Source of the DNA: Spirochaetia bacterium
GTDB lineage: Bacteria; Spirochaetota; Spirochaetia; CADAEX01
Direction of reading: 5' to 3'
Assembly (NCBI GenBank): GCA_963662265.2
Contig: CAXXHA010000015.1
Location: 1-64,000, forward strand
Length of the DNA: 64,000 bases
This document shows positions 49,781-61,054 of the stretch, piece after piece. Each line of letters begins with the position of its first letter. The stretch's first letter is position 1. A program made the position numbers and the translations under genes. The notes below the pieces were generated by a model. The model searched no databases. It was not told the origin of the DNA and was given only the letters and a program-made list of their open reading frames with translations.

Positions 49781-50572
49781 ATGAAGTGCGGATTTTATCA
49801 GTTTAATCCAGAGTTCGGAAACCCGGAAAAAAACCTTGAAACTATAATTAATACACTTTCCGGTGTCGATACAGACCTTGCAGTTCTTCCCGAACTCTGC
49901 CTTTCAGGCTACCTTTTTCTCGAAAAAGAGGAAGTCAGGAAGATGTCAGAACCGGTTCCAGGCCCTTCAACTGAAAAACTTTCTATACTCTCAAAGAAAA
50001 AAGATATGGCTATTGTCATCGGCATGGCAGAAGAGGATAACGGGGAATACTACAACAGTGCTGTACTGATCACTCCTGACGGAGATATTCACTCATACAG
50101 GAAAAACCACCTGTTTCATGAGGAAAAGCTTTTCTTCAAAAAAGGAAACAACGGATTTCCGGTATTTCATGTAAAAGGTGTAAAGGTTGGTCTTCTTGTA
50201 TGTTTCGACCACATGTTTCCTGAATCTGCAAGAACACTTGCCCTTCAGGGTGCGGAAATAATCTGCCACCCCTCCAACCTGGTACTCACAGGCAAGGCAC
50301 AGATTACTACAAGGTCAAGAAGCATTGAAAACAAGGTATTCTGGATCCTGGCAAACAGGTGCGGAACAGAAAACAGGGGAGAAAAGTCACTCTCCTATTC
50401 AGGGTGCAGCCAGATTTCTGATCCTGACGGAAGGATAATGATTCAGGCGGGGGAATTTGAAGAGGGATTCTACTGTGTTGAAATTAATCCTGAACTTGCA
50501 AGAAACAAACAGATAACTGCTCTCTGCGATGTATTCAAGGACAGAAGGACAGATATCTACCTCCTGCAGTAA
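49781..50572 (+). CDS. Nitrilase-related carbon-nitrogen hydrolase
   Basis: LPEL, YRKNHL, VCFDHMFPE (Glu-Lys-Cys triad). Confidence 0.93.
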   Translation: MKCGFYQFNPEFGNPEKNLETIINTLSGVDTDLAVLPELCLSGYLFLEKEEVRKMSEPVPGPSTEKLSILSKKKDMAIVIGMAEEDNGEYYNSAVLITPDGDIHSYRKNHLFHEEKLFFKKGNNGFPVFHVKGVKVGLLVCFDHMFPESARTLALQGAEIICHPSNLVLTGKAQITTRSRSIENKVFWILANRCGTENRGEKSLSYSGCSQISDPDGRIMIQAGEFEEGFYCVEINPELARNKQITALCDVFKDRRTDIYLLQ

Positions 50573-50821
50573 ATACCGGTAATTATCCGCCGATACTGCA
50601 GAAAAACTGTTTAAAGATTTCTTCAGACCAGAGATATCAGTAAAAATTGACAAACACATCTTATTCCATGCAAATAATCTGCATAGTTATCAAATTATAA
50701 TGTTTAATAATTTCTGGTAAAATGCTATAAATAAGCAGTTTTCAGCTTGAGAAAATATAAACATATACTACTTTTTTCTGCATTCAGATATTTTACGGCA
50801 GAAACAGTATGGAGAATATTC

Positions 50822-51445
50822 ATGGAAAAATACAAGGCAGTACTTTTAATAGGAGCAACCGGCACCGGGAAAACACCGTTCGGGCAGCAGCTTGAGACAC
50901 AGAACCTCTGGGGAAAGAGGTATCATCATTTTGATTTCGGGCAGCAGCTGAGATATGCAGCTGAAGGAAGACATAAAATTCTGTCAGAGGAAGATGTTGA
51001 CAGGATCAGTTCACTGCTGAAGACAAACTCTCTTCTTGAAGACAGTGATTTCCATATTGCTGAAAAACTGCTGAAACAGTTTGTGGAGAATAATACTGTA
51101 TCTCCGGAAAACGATGTAATTATTCTAAACGGCCTGCCAAGGCATACAGGTCAGGCAGATGCTCTTGCATCAATTATTGATATCCACCTGGTTATTTATT
51201 TTGCAGCTTCAGCTTCAATTATTAAAGACAGGATCGCTTATAATTCCGGAGGAGACCGGACTGACAGAACAGATGATTCTATAGAAGAAATTGAAAACAA
51301 ACTTGTAATATTCAGGGAAAATACGCTTCCTCTTATAAGTTATTATAAAAATTATGATAAGACTGTTCTTGAAATTGAGGTTGATATAGATACAATTCCT
51401 CTTTTTATTATTCAGGAACTCAAATCAATGCCGCCTCTTATCTAG
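50822..51445 (+). CDS. Adenylate-kinase-like nucleoside monophosphate kinase
   Basis: GATGTGKT P-loop, NGLPR..GQA, RTDD short LID; ATG 50822 after GGAG. Confidence 0.8.
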   Translation: MEKYKAVLLIGATGTGKTPFGQQLETQNLWGKRYHHFDFGQQLRYAAEGRHKILSEEDVDRISSLLKTNSLLEDSDFHIAEKLLKQFVENNTVSPENDVIILNGLPRHTGQADALASIIDIHLVIYFAASASIIKDRIAYNSGGDRTDRTDDSIEEIENKLVIFRENTLPLISYYKNYDKTVLEIEVDIDTIPLFIIQELKSMPPLI

Positions 51446-51467
51446 CAGATAATTACTCTGATTAAAT

Positions 51468-51496
51468 AAACCGCCTTTTACACAGGGCGGTTTTTT
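51468..51496 (+). terminator. Rho-independent terminator
   Basis: AAACCGCCTT...AGGGCGGTTT followed by a T run. Confidence 0.75.
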
Positions 51497-51696
51497 ATTA
51501 CAAAAATGTTTCAGCTGCTACCTGTCTAATTACTTATTATTCGACACTAATTTCATGACCCGGATAAAATAATTGATATAAATTCAAGTGGTTTTATCAG
51601 AAAAAATACTGCTTAATTTTCTTTAATACCTGAAGGAATAAAAGTCTATTGTAAACCGGACATTTATTCTTTTTTAAATATGTCAGGAATATAAAA

Positions 51697-52225
51697 TTAT
51701 CTCATACTGAACTCGCAGCCGCAGTATCCCTGCCTGTAAAGATCATATTCCCTGGAAAGCTCTATACTTCTCTTGAACCCCTCTTTTTTCTTGAAATCAT
51801 AGGGGAGAAAACCCGGGTACTGAGATCCTTTTTCAAAAATTATTTTTGATATTTTATGAGGACTTATAGTCAGAGTTGTGGTGAAATTTTCTATTTCAAG
51901 AGTTTTTTGCCATGGCAGCTGTACGGGAAAGAGCATAATTGAAACAGATGCTGCACCGCTTCCCTTTTTCAGGTTCATTCTCATAGCCGCTGACAACACT
52001 GAGCCATCTGGAATGATCATAATCATCAACAAATATGGGTATGTTATATACTGCAGAAAGCTTTTTTACAGATTCAAGCCTCTTTTCAAATTCAGCTTCA
52101 GTATTAATGTTGGAATTACTAAAAAAAAGGGTTACTTCCTTTTCTTCAAGAAGTAACCTTTCTATTGATGCTGAACCGCATGGCGCACAGCAGATATGAA
52201 GAAGTATCTTTTCCCTGCTACTCAC
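51697..52225 (-). pseudogene. queH: Epoxyqueuosine reductase QueH, split by a one-base frameshift (genuine or a sequencing error)
   Basis: N-half LLHICCAPC...NSNI...EPEKGKRCSICF (51896-52225); C-half TTTLTISPHK...YRQGYCGC in another frame; removing one base of the run at 51903-51908 joins them. Confidence 0.85.
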
Positions 52226-52433
52226 AGCGATCCGCTATTTCCGCCCAGTACTGTTCTTTTTTTTCAACAAAATTATATGAACCATCTTCAGCTTCAAATT
52301 TATCCTGAATTTCACGGTCAGCTTCATGTTTGCATTTTTTACAGATATGTTTATCTTTTACTGTAAAATAATTTTTCCCGTGGTCAGGACTATTTATCAT
52401 TTTCTTACACATATCGCATGATATATACTGCAT
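52218..52433 (-). CDS. Small Cys-containing hypothetical protein
   Basis: GAGG RBS; CDMC and CKKC pairs; stop overlaps the queH start. Confidence 0.7.
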   Translation of the reverse strand: MQYISCDMCKKMINSPDHGKNYFTVKDKHICKKCKHEADREIQDKFEAEDGSYNFVEKKEQYWAEIADRCE

Positions 52434-52612
52434 AACTTACTACCTCTTAAAGTAAATATTATATCATCAGCGATTTATTGTCGATAATTTTTTTAACTTA
52501 AATCTGATATAATTTATTATACGGGAAATATTTTCCTTATATTTTATACAGGTACATTATCATAAAGAGATGTATAATAAAGACTGAACAGCAGATATAA
52601 AACTCAAGGGAC

Positions 52613-53695
52613 ATGATGATAATAAACAGCGGAAAAACATATATTATTGCAGAGGCGGGAACTTCACACGGCGGGGATATAAGAAAAGGGTACGAGCTTA
52701 TTGAAAAGGCAAAGGAGGCAGGAGCCGACTGTGTGAAATTCCAGATTGTGTTCGCGGATGAGATAATTCATCCCGATTCAGGTCTTGTTGATCTTCCGAA
52801 CGGAAAAACAGCTCTTTTTGATGTATTCAGGGGACTTGAAGAGGATTATACATTTTACTGGAACCTGAAAAACCACTGCATTAAAACAGGAATAGATTTC
52901 CTTGCAACACCGTTCGGTCTTAAAAGCGCATCACTCTTGAAAAAGCTTAACCCGGATGCTGTAAAAATCGCATCCCCGGAGCTCAACCACTACCCGCTTT
53001 TGCAGGAAATATCATCATGGAACTGCCCTGTTATTCTCTCAACCGGTGTATCAACAGTTTCTGATATAGAAAAAGCGCTTTCAATCACAGGCACAGAATC
53101 ATACCTTCTTCACTGCATAACAAGCTACCCTGCCCCGGAGGAGGAATACAACCTGAAGCTGATAAAATCACTTTCCGCCCTGTTCGGAGTAAAAACCGGC
53201 ATATCAGATCATTCGAAAGATCCTCTTCTGGTTCCTGTGCTTTCGACTGTAATGGGCAGCAGGATTATTGAAAAACATATAACACTATCAAACACTACAG
53301 ACGGCCTTGATGACAAAATCGCTCTCGATGGTGAGAATTTCAGAATAATGACAGAAGGGATAAGAGAGGCTGAACAATCAGGGTCTGATCATGCATTAAA
53401 AAAGCTTGAAAGAATCTACGGAAAGGAAAAGATTGATAGAGTATCAGGAACAGGCGTAAAGAAGCTTGCAGATTCTGAATCAGAAAACTACAGAACAACA
53501 AACAGGTCGCTTATTACAGTCAGGGAAATAAGGAAGGGGGATGTTTTTGATACAGAAAATACAGCTCTTCTCAGAAGTGAAAAAAATATTACACCCGGTC
53601 TTCCGCCGGATTTTTATGAATTGATTCTAGGAAAAAAAGCAGTTTCCGATATAAGATCAGGAACCGGTATTGATTTCAGCCACTTTATTCCATGA
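52613..53695 (+). CDS. N-acetylneuraminate synthase family (NeuB/SpsE) with a C-terminal SAF domain
   Basis: IIAEAG..H.GD, VKFQ, KIAS, LSTG, HCITSYP, SDH, IEKH. Confidence 0.92.
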   Translation: MMIINSGKTYIIAEAGTSHGGDIRKGYELIEKAKEAGADCVKFQIVFADEIIHPDSGLVDLPNGKTALFDVFRGLEEDYTFYWNLKNHCIKTGIDFLATPFGLKSASLLKKLNPDAVKIASPELNHYPLLQEISSWNCPVILSTGVSTVSDIEKALSITGTESYLLHCITSYPAPEEEYNLKLIKSLSALFGVKTGISDHSKDPLLVPVLSTVMGSRIIEKHITLSNTTDGLDDKIALDGENFRIMTEGIREAEQSGSDHALKKLERIYGKEKIDRVSGTGVKKLADSESENYRTTNRSLITVREIRKGDVFDTENTALLRSEKNITPGLPPDFYELILGKKAVSDIRSGTGIDFSHFIP

Positions 53696-53785
53696 TCATT
53701 GAGTGAATAGTTAAACCGCAGAAGCCTTAATTACCAGATTAATATGAAAGCGCGAAATATTTAATGCTGTTATTCCATATGCCTT

Positions 53786-54643
53786 TTACCACTCGGGAAC
53801 ATTTGTCATCTTCCGGCCGTGAACTTCAATAGTGTCCTGAATAATTATCATTCCCCGCTTATCATACTTCCTGACTATCTCCTTGAGACGGACCGCCTCC
53901 TTGACAGTCGCAACTGTGTAAAGCATCTTGGCACTCTGGCCTGAGCCGGCTCTTGTACCGTCCAGGACTGTAATACCCTTATGAAGCTCCTCCCTGATAA
54001 TTGAAATAAGCTCGCTCCACTTATCTGAAATTATATAAACAACACGCCTCTTACTGAGTCCTGTAACAACAAGGTCCATAATTTTTGATGATACATAGAG
54101 ATAAATAAGGGTATAAAGTGCATCATCAGGTGTAAAAATGTATCCTGTGAAAATAAGTACAAATACATTGAATCCGAGAACAGTCTTGCCGATCCGGATT
54201 GAAAAACGATTCATCAGAATAACTGAAAGGACATCTGATCCCCCTGCAGACCCCTTTGATTTCAATACAATCCCTGTTCCGAGACCGAATATGATTCCTG
54301 CAAGAATAGCTGAAAGAATTTTATCATGTACGCCGATTTCAATTTTCACAAAATTAATCGCAAGTGTAAAGCATCCCATTCCGAACAGGCTGTAGAAAAA
54401 AAACCTCTTCCTGACAAAGACAAAGGCTGCAATAAATATAGGTATATTTAACAGAAGGAGAATAACAGAAAGATTTGATGATTTCAGGATATAGTGAATC
54501 ACAATACCGAGACCTGTAATTCCACTGCTGACAAAATGATGGGGAATAAGAATCCCGTTTATAGCGACAGAACAGATAAGAGTTCCGGTAATAATAAGAA
54601 GCATATTTTTAAAAATATCTAAAGCAGTATCTTTCATAAGCAT
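53786..54643 (-). CDS. YitT family membrane protein
   Basis: SSGITG, NIPIF, GSAGGSD, GIT...G pattern. Confidence 0.92.
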   Translation of the reverse strand: MLMKDTALDIFKNMLLIITGTLICSVAINGILIPHHFVSSGITGLGIVIHYILKSSNLSVILLLLNIPIFIAAFVFVRKRFFFYSLFGMGCFTLAINFVKIEIGVHDKILSAILAGIIFGLGTGIVLKSKGSAGGSDVLSVILMNRFSIRIGKTVLGFNVFVLIFTGYIFTPDDALYTLIYLYVSSKIMDLVVTGLSKRRVVYIISDKWSELISIIREELHKGITVLDGTRAGSGQSAKMLYTVATVKEAVRLKEIVRKYDKRGMIIIQDTIEVHGRKMTNVPEW

Positions 54644-54805
54644 CTCCTTTTATATATCTGATATTTCAATATGTTAAAAATCAGGATATTCAATATAACA
54701 GTCAAAACAATGGGTGGCTACTGCCAGATGAATAATAAAATTATTTTGTTCATTATACCAGACACTCCCTGAAGCAGGAGTTCTATTTTCCCGGTAAACT
54801 TTTTC

Positions 54806-56338
54806 ATGGCATTAAATCAGGAATGCACAGATATTCATGATGATTTTCTTAACTCAGCAGCTGAAAAATATTTCAATGTAAAATACCTGTTCCCGTACCA
54901 GAGACTTATTATATCCAATATACTGGAAATCACTTCCAAAACTGAAAATGATTTCCCGAAAGGGCAGATTGTAATCCTCCCGACAGGGGCGGGAAAATCA
55001 TTATGCTTCATGCTGCCTTCCCTGCTTATAGAAAAACCTACACTCATTATTTTCCCGCTCCTCAGCCTTATGGCAGACCAGAAGAGGAGACTTGATGAGG
55101 CTGGTATTAAAACAGCAGTTATAAAGGGAGGACAGGAGAGGAAAGAACGGGAAGAGATATTCAGGGGGATAGAATCAGGAAGATACAGGGTGATTCTCAC
55201 AAACCCGGAGACTCTTTCAAGGGAGGAAATACTCACCTTTTTCACTCCGGCAGAGGGAAAACCGGTAATAGGCCATGTTGTTATTGACGAGGCGCATACA
55301 GTTTCAGAATGGGGTGATTCATTCAGAAGCGCATATCTTGCAACCGGCAATATAATAGAAAAGATAAACCCCGATGCAGTAACAGCGTTTACAGCGACAG
55401 CATCAGAAAGCATACTGAAACGGCTGAAAGACATTATTTTCAGGAACAGCCAGATAAATATTATTTCAGCAAATCCAGACAGGACAAATATAAGATACAG
55501 TGTTGTGAAATCTGTTTCAAAAACACATGATATAATTTGGCTTGCAGAAAAAGCTGAAAAGCCGGCAGTAATTTTCTGTTCAAGCCGGGTATCGGCGGAA
55601 CTCACAGCACAGATTCTGGTACGAAACAGCTCCCTGAAAGAAGTCAGGTTCTACCATGCCGGGCTTGAAAGCGATGAAAAGAAAAATATAGAGAAGTGGT
55701 TTTTCTCATCAGACAGCGGAGTACTTTCAGCGACTTGCGCTTACGGCCTGGGCGTCGATAAATCAAATATCAGAACTGTTATCCACTATGAGCTTCCCGG
55801 ATCTGTTGAATCCTACCTGCAGGAATCGGGAAGAGGAGGCAGGGACAGAAAAGAAGCCAGGGCTATTGTTCTCTTTTCTGAAAAAGACAGGAAAAGACTG
55901 GAACTTTTTAAGTCTGAAACAGAGAAAAAAAGATACCTTAAACTGCTTGAATTCGCTGAAACAGAGAATAAATGCAGACGGAATATCCTGCTCAGGGCTC
56001 TTTCCGAGGAATCTGAAACAGATTTCTGTGAAGGTTGCGATATATGCAACAGAACATACAGTCCTTACGCAGAGGGCAGAACTCAAATAATCAACCTGGT
56101 AAAAGAAAACAACAGGACTCTTACAGAAAAAGAAGCTGTATCAATACTGGCAGGTTCTGAAAATGCTTTCGGCAGGGCAGATTTAATAAACCAGTCAGCT
56201 TTCTACGGGAACCTGTCAGGCTGGACTGAAGAATCGATAAAAGAGGGAATCGGATCACTTGTAAAAGAGGGTGTTATTACAAGGGGGCGCTGTTTATGGA
56301 AAAATCATCTTATTATTTCAAAACAGAGAAGGAAATAA
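54806..56338 (+). CDS. RecQ-family ATP-dependent DNA helicase
   Basis: PTGAGKSLCF, PLLSLMADQ, DEAHTVSEWG, TATA, YHAGL, QESGRGGRD, CRR...CEGCDIC. Confidence 0.95.
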   Translation: MALNQECTDIHDDFLNSAAEKYFNVKYLFPYQRLIISNILEITSKTENDFPKGQIVILPTGAGKSLCFMLPSLLIEKPTLIIFPLLSLMADQKRRLDEAGIKTAVIKGGQERKEREEIFRGIESGRYRVILTNPETLSREEILTFFTPAEGKPVIGHVVIDEAHTVSEWGDSFRSAYLATGNIIEKINPDAVTAFTATASESILKRLKDIIFRNSQINIISANPDRTNIRYSVVKSVSKTHDIIWLAEKAEKPAVIFCSSRVSAELTAQILVRNSSLKEVRFYHAGLESDEKKNIEKWFFSSDSGVLSATCAYGLGVDKSNIRTVIHYELPGSVESYLQESGRGGRDRKEARAIVLFSEKDRKRLELFKSETEKKRYLKLLEFAETENKCRRNILLRALSEESETDFCEGCDICNRTYSPYAEGRTQIINLVKENNRTLTEKEAVSILAGSENAFGRADLINQSAFYGNLSGWTEESIKEGIGSLVKEGVITRGRCLWKNHLIISKQRRK

Positions 56339-56404
56339 AGTTTAAATCATGCTCCATTTCCCCCCGAATTTACTTTACTGAGATATTTGTGTTAAAGTAC
56401 TTAT

Positions 56405-57220
56405 ATGGAAGTAACGTTTTTAGGAACAGGGACATCTCACGGAATACCTGTGGTTGCCTGCGGCTGCAATGTCTGCAATTCAGATAATATAAAAAACAAA
56501 AGATACAGATCTTCTATCTATATAAAAACTGATCACAGCAGAATTCTGATTGATGCTGCAACAGAATTCAGGCTTCAGGCAATCAGGGAAAATATCAACT
56601 TTCTGGACTTTGTACTGATAACACATGCCCACGCAGACCATGTCCACGGACTTGATGACCTCAGAACACTTTCAAGAAAGAAAAAACTTAATGTCTACGG
56701 CAACAGAGATGCAGTCGCAGATATGGAGCAGAGATTCAGCTATATTCACAGGGCAATCCAGAAGGGGGGAGGAATTCCCGATATAGATTTCATTACACTT
56801 GATACCCCTATTCACCACTGCAGTGAAACAGGAAGACAAACAGCATCAGAAGAGGTTGGAAAAAACAGCAAATACTCAGATTCAGGCGATATTATAATCC
56901 CCATACCTGTAAAACATGGAAAACTCGATATTTACGGTTACAGAATAGATAACTTTGCCTATATAACAGACTGCAGCCACATACCGGAAGGATCAATGAA
57001 ACTTCTTGAAGGAGTGGAAGTTCTCACACTCGGGGCGCTCAGATACAGGGAACATATAACCCACTTCACGATAGACCAGGCAGTCAGTATAATAAAAAAA
57101 ACCGGCGCAAGATTCGGATATCTGACCCATTTCTGCCATGATATTGAACATGAGAAGCTGAAAAAAGAACTCCCCTCAAATATCAGACCTGCTTATGATT
57201 CAATGAAGATTTATTTGTAA
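56405..57220 (+). CDS. MBL-fold phosphodiesterase (PhnP/YycJ-like)
   Basis: LGTGTSHGIP, CGCNVC, THAHADHVHGLDD, YITD, TH. Confidence 0.92.
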   Translation: MEVTFLGTGTSHGIPVVACGCNVCNSDNIKNKRYRSSIYIKTDHSRILIDAATEFRLQAIRENINFLDFVLITHAHADHVHGLDDLRTLSRKKKLNVYGNRDAVADMEQRFSYIHRAIQKGGGIPDIDFITLDTPIHHCSETGRQTASEEVGKNSKYSDSGDIIIPIPVKHGKLDIYGYRIDNFAYITDCSHIPEGSMKLLEGVEVLTLGALRYREHITHFTIDQAVSIIKKTGARFGYLTHFCHDIEHEKLKKELPSNIRPAYDSMKIYL

Positions 57221-57582
57221 GATATAAGAAGTATATTGAAACAGATTCTCTGTACCACGATCGGAATCAGCAAAAAGAGAATAAACTATCGTTTTTCAGC
57301 AGCAATTTATCCTGTCCACAAAAAACCGACCCCATATAAATAATTTAAACAAGCGGGATATGATCCTGAAAAATAACAAGGATTATTAAGCAGAATCTGA
57401 TTCAAAACAGAATAATACTTAAAATCACATTGCAATTAATAAAAAAAGAGGCTTTCCGGAAGCTTTTTTCCGAAAATCCTCTTTTAATCCCTGTATACGG
57501 TAAAAGTATAGTTAAGCTGCATCACACAGCCTGTATAATATTGCTGCAGGACTTGCAGCAAATATACTTTTAATTAAGGTAA

Positions 57583-57771
57583 TTATATTTTTTCTACTTT
57601 GCCGCTTCTCAGACAAGCTGTGCAGATTTTTACAGTTTTCACTTTACCTGCTACGAGTCCTCTAACCTTTTTAAGGTTAGGTTTCCAAACTCTTCTTGTT
57701 TTATTATGAGCGTGGCTGACATTGTTACCTGTAATAGTTCCTTTTCCGCATATATCACATTTTCGAGCCAT
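57583..57771 (-). CDS. rpmB: 50S ribosomal protein L28
   Basis: [27 protein letters not shown]...CTACLRS. Confidence 0.98.
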   Translation of the reverse strand: MARKCDICGKGTITGNNVSHAHNKTRRVWKPNLKKVRGLVAGKVKTVKICTACLRSGKVEKI

Positions 57772-58009
57772 TTTTCCCTGCCTTATTATATATAAAATAA
57801 ATTATTGCTGTTTTAGATCGTAATAAAATAACAGTTTTTAAGTTTTTTGTAAATAGGAAGGTTTTCAGGTTTTTATCCTGCTTAACAGTTTTATAAAAAA
57901 AAATCCATGTTTGAATTATTCCTGTTATAATAGTATTATTAACAGGAAATAAACAGGATATCCAGTCAATAAAATTATTAACCTGATACTGGAACCTGCA
58001 GGACAGAAA

Positions 58010-59455
58010 ATGAGTTTTGCTGAGATTTTTAATATAATTCTTTGGCTGGATGCAATAATTGTACTTCTCATAATTATCCTTGATAACCGTCCCCCTGAAG
58101 TTGCAGTATCATGGTTTCTCATTATCCTTTTTTTCCCTATAGGGGGACTCATTCTATATGCTCTTATAGGTATAAACTGGAAGAAATCAAAGCTGATAAG
58201 GCAGAATCCTGAAGATCTTTTCAGCCACAACCTCGAAACAATACTAGCCAATCAGAAGCACTTTTTCAGGGAAATGAACTGGGAAACTGAGAATGAAAAT
58301 GATCAGCTCAAGCTGATGAATCTCCTCCTGAACGCAAATAATTCCATAATGACACTCAGAAACAGCTGTGAAATATACAACTCAGGGGAAAAATTCTTCC
58401 AGTCACTCCTGGAAGATATAAAAAATGCTAAACACTCCATTCACATGGAATTTTATATCTGGACATCCGACTCCCTGGGGGAGGAACTGAAAGAGGTTCT
58501 TGTACAGAAGGCTAAAGAAGGTGTTGAAGTACGACTTATTTTTGACGGAATAGGATCTTTCGGTAAAATATCCTTCAAATACAGGAGGGAACTGAGAAAA
58601 GCAGGTATCAAGTTCCGCTATTTCCTGGATCTTGCAGCCCCCCTGTCACTTTTAAAAATAAACTACTGTAATCACAGAAAAATCGCAGTAATAGACGGGC
58701 TTACAGCATACACAGGTGGCATGAATGTAGGTATCGAGTATATAACAGGCGGGGACCATTTTGAAAGCTGGAGAGATACCCAGGTCCGGATAAAAGGGGA
58801 AAGCGTAAACATGTTCCAGGCAGTTTTTCTGGTTGACTGGTATAACAGCGGTGAAAAACTGCTCCTTGACAAGGAGTACCTGCCGGAAGCAGATCCTGCC
58901 ACTCCTGAAATGACAGTCCAGATAGCAACAAGCGGTGCAGATTCAAAATGGGCTTCTATCCAGCAGATGTTTTTTACAATGATCACAAATGCAAACAGGG
59001 ATATATACATACAGACCCCCTACTTCATCCCTGATCAGAGCATAATGACAGCGCTTGAGACAGCTGCACTGAGCGGTGTCAATGTAAACATCCTGATGAC
59101 CGGCGTACCTGACAAGAGGATTCCCTACTGGGCCGCCCATACATATTTTGAACCTCTTCTTGATGCGGGAGTAAATATTTTCCAGTATAAAAAAGGTTTT
59201 CTTCACTCCAAGACAGTGATAATTGATAACTCAATTGTATCAATAGGAAGCTGCAATATGGATATGAGGGGATTTCATATCAATTTTGAACTGAATGCTG
59301 TTATTTACGATACAGCCACAGCAGAAAGCCTTGTTGAGGCATTTTACAATGACCTTAAATTTGCAGAAACAATCACACGGGAACATATAAATAAATCCGG
59401 CCTGATCAGGAATTTCAGGAATTCCCTCTTCAGGATTCTTGCTCCCATAATGTAG
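58010..59455 (+). CDS. cls: Cardiolipin synthase
   Basis: Two N-terminal TMs and two HKD motifs (HRKIAVID, HSKTVIID). Confidence 0.95.
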   Translation: MSFAEIFNIILWLDAIIVLLIIILDNRPPEVAVSWFLIILFFPIGGLILYALIGINWKKSKLIRQNPEDLFSHNLETILANQKHFFREMNWETENENDQLKLMNLLLNANNSIMTLRNSCEIYNSGEKFFQSLLEDIKNAKHSIHMEFYIWTSDSLGEELKEVLVQKAKEGVEVRLIFDGIGSFGKISFKYRRELRKAGIKFRYFLDLAAPLSLLKINYCNHRKIAVIDGLTAYTGGMNVGIEYITGGDHFESWRDTQVRIKGESVNMFQAVFLVDWYNSGEKLLLDKEYLPEADPATPEMTVQIATSGADSKWASIQQMFFTMITNANRDIYIQTPYFIPDQSIMTALETAALSGVNVNILMTGVPDKRIPYWAAHTYFEPLLDAGVNIFQYKKGFLHSKTVIIDNSIVSIGSCNMDMRGFHINFELNAVIYDTATAESLVEAFYNDLKFAETITREHINKSGLIRNFRNSLFRILAPIM

Positions 59456-59528
59456 AAAAACCCCGGCTTTTACACCGGGGCAATGTTTAATACCTGACTT
59501 TCTATTTTTCTAAAAGGAGCTGTTTTAA

Positions 59529-60698
59529 TTAAAGTTCGTTGATTTCCTCATGAACAAAAATTCTTCTCTTTTCAAGTTCTTCAAAAACATCTTTAGGATC
59601 AAATGCATCTTCAGGAATAACTGCACCTGTTCCAACAATTTTGTTTTTAGCCATAAGAATTGCCGCAACACCCATTGGTGTTCCCACATTTCTTACATAT
59701 GCTTTAAGACCTTCCCATCCCGGTTCAGAACCATCACTTGAAGGATGTGTATGTGTAAGAACGTGTTCCACTTTCTTTCCGTTTCTTTCACCCACTACCT
59801 GGATGTGGAGAGAATATCCGTAGAGGTCAGTATTTGTTCCCTCTTCAGACTGCATAAGGTATGCACCGATTGCATCCATAATTCCCATTTCCTGTCCCTT
59901 GAAAGTAAACTTGTCATTTCTCATGAATCCCCATTCATAAAGAGCTTTAACAAGTCTCATGTTTTTCGGTGGCCATGTTCCTCTGACTTCGATAAGTTTT
60001 ACACCTTTGTCTTTAAGGTACTTCTGACCTGTTACTGTTTCTGAGTGAGGGATAATCCACTGAGGATTTTCTCCGTAGGGTTCAGGAAGCTTGATCATTC
60101 TTTCCCTTGCAAAGGGGGGAACCTGTTTGAACTCACCATCTTCAAATACAACTCTTCCCGGAAGATTAGGATCATATTCATAAGAAGTAGTTTCAAAAAT
60201 AGCAGGTGAATAAGCTATCGGTCTGAAAGCTCCATGGCTTACCCTTACAGTATCAACTTTTTCACACTGGTCAGCGCCGTGTTTAAGCATCATATCTGTG
60301 AGGCCTGGAGTCATTCCGAAACCGGGAACCATGATTCTTCCGTTTTCCTTGAAAATCTTGTCATATTTATATTCTTCGCCGAAACCGTTGAGGTTTACAC
60401 CTGAGCAGCCTGCATTAGCAATACAATCTGTAGTTCTGTCATTAAGCTTGATTGTTGTACCGTCCATAACAACATCATAACCTTTAAGCTTCTTGATTGT
60501 ATCTTCTCTGTCCATTACATCGATTTTTACAAAATCAACTCTCTCGTCATCGAGTTCTGCTATAAGTGCTCTAGCAGCTTCTTCGTTGTATTCACCGATT
60601 GTAATTCTATCAAATACAGAAGCATCTGTATATTCAACAACATCTCTCACTGCCATGCTGCAAATTCTTCCAGCTCCAGCCAAACACATAAGTTTCAT
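59529..60698 (-). CDS. Saccharopine-dehydrogenase-family oxidoreductase
   Basis: AGAGRI Rossmann start, GFGMTPG, PHSE; AAGGAG RBS. Confidence 0.85.
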   Translation of the reverse strand: MKLMCLAGAGRICSMAVRDVVEYTDASVFDRITIGEYNEEAARALIAELDDERVDFVKIDVMDREDTIKKLKGYDVVMDGTTIKLNDRTTDCIANAGCSGVNLNGFGEEYKYDKIFKENGRIMVPGFGMTPGLTDMMLKHGADQCEKVDTVRVSHGAFRPIAYSPAIFETTSYEYDPNLPGRVVFEDGEFKQVPPFARERMIKLPEPYGENPQWIIPHSETVTGQKYLKDKGVKLIEVRGTWPPKNMRLVKALYEWGFMRNDKFTFKGQEMGIMDAIGAYLMQSEEGTNTDLYGYSLHIQVVGERNGKKVEHVLTHTHPSSDGSEPGWEGLKAYVRNVGTPMGVAAILMAKNKIVGTGAVIPEDAFDPKDVFEELEKRRIFVHEEINEL

Positions 60699-60962
60699 AG
60701 TCTTAAGTCTCCTTAACTATAATTAATTTTTATACAAACAATAAGTTTGTTTAATTACTCCTTGATTATCTACCCAATAAAGGGAGGTGTCAATAATATT
60801 TCTTAATATTTTCCATCATTTTTTCTTATAGTTAAGGAAACGAGTATTATTAATTATTATAAAGCTGATGAAAGAATCTTATTCTTAAGATAATACGGAA
60901 AGTATTCCAGATTGTCAGACAGACAGTACGCTATGAGGTAAAATTACAGTAAAGATAAAAGC

Positions 60963-60994
60963 AAAAAAAAAGTATCTGCCGCTCGGGCAGATAC
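60963..60994 (-). terminator. Terminator after the LysR gene
   Basis: GTATCTGCC-GCTCG-GGCAGATAC preceded by an A run (T run on the minus strand). Confidence 0.8.
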
Positions 60995-61054
60995 CGCAAA
61001 GAAAACCAGTTTAAAGTTTTTATCAGGATTCTTCTTAATAAATTATTTCCTGAA

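Noticed and set aside
54835-55605. 256-aa minus-strand ORF
   Set aside because: Antisense shadow of RecQ with the Ser/Ile/Phe-rich composition typical of such shadows.
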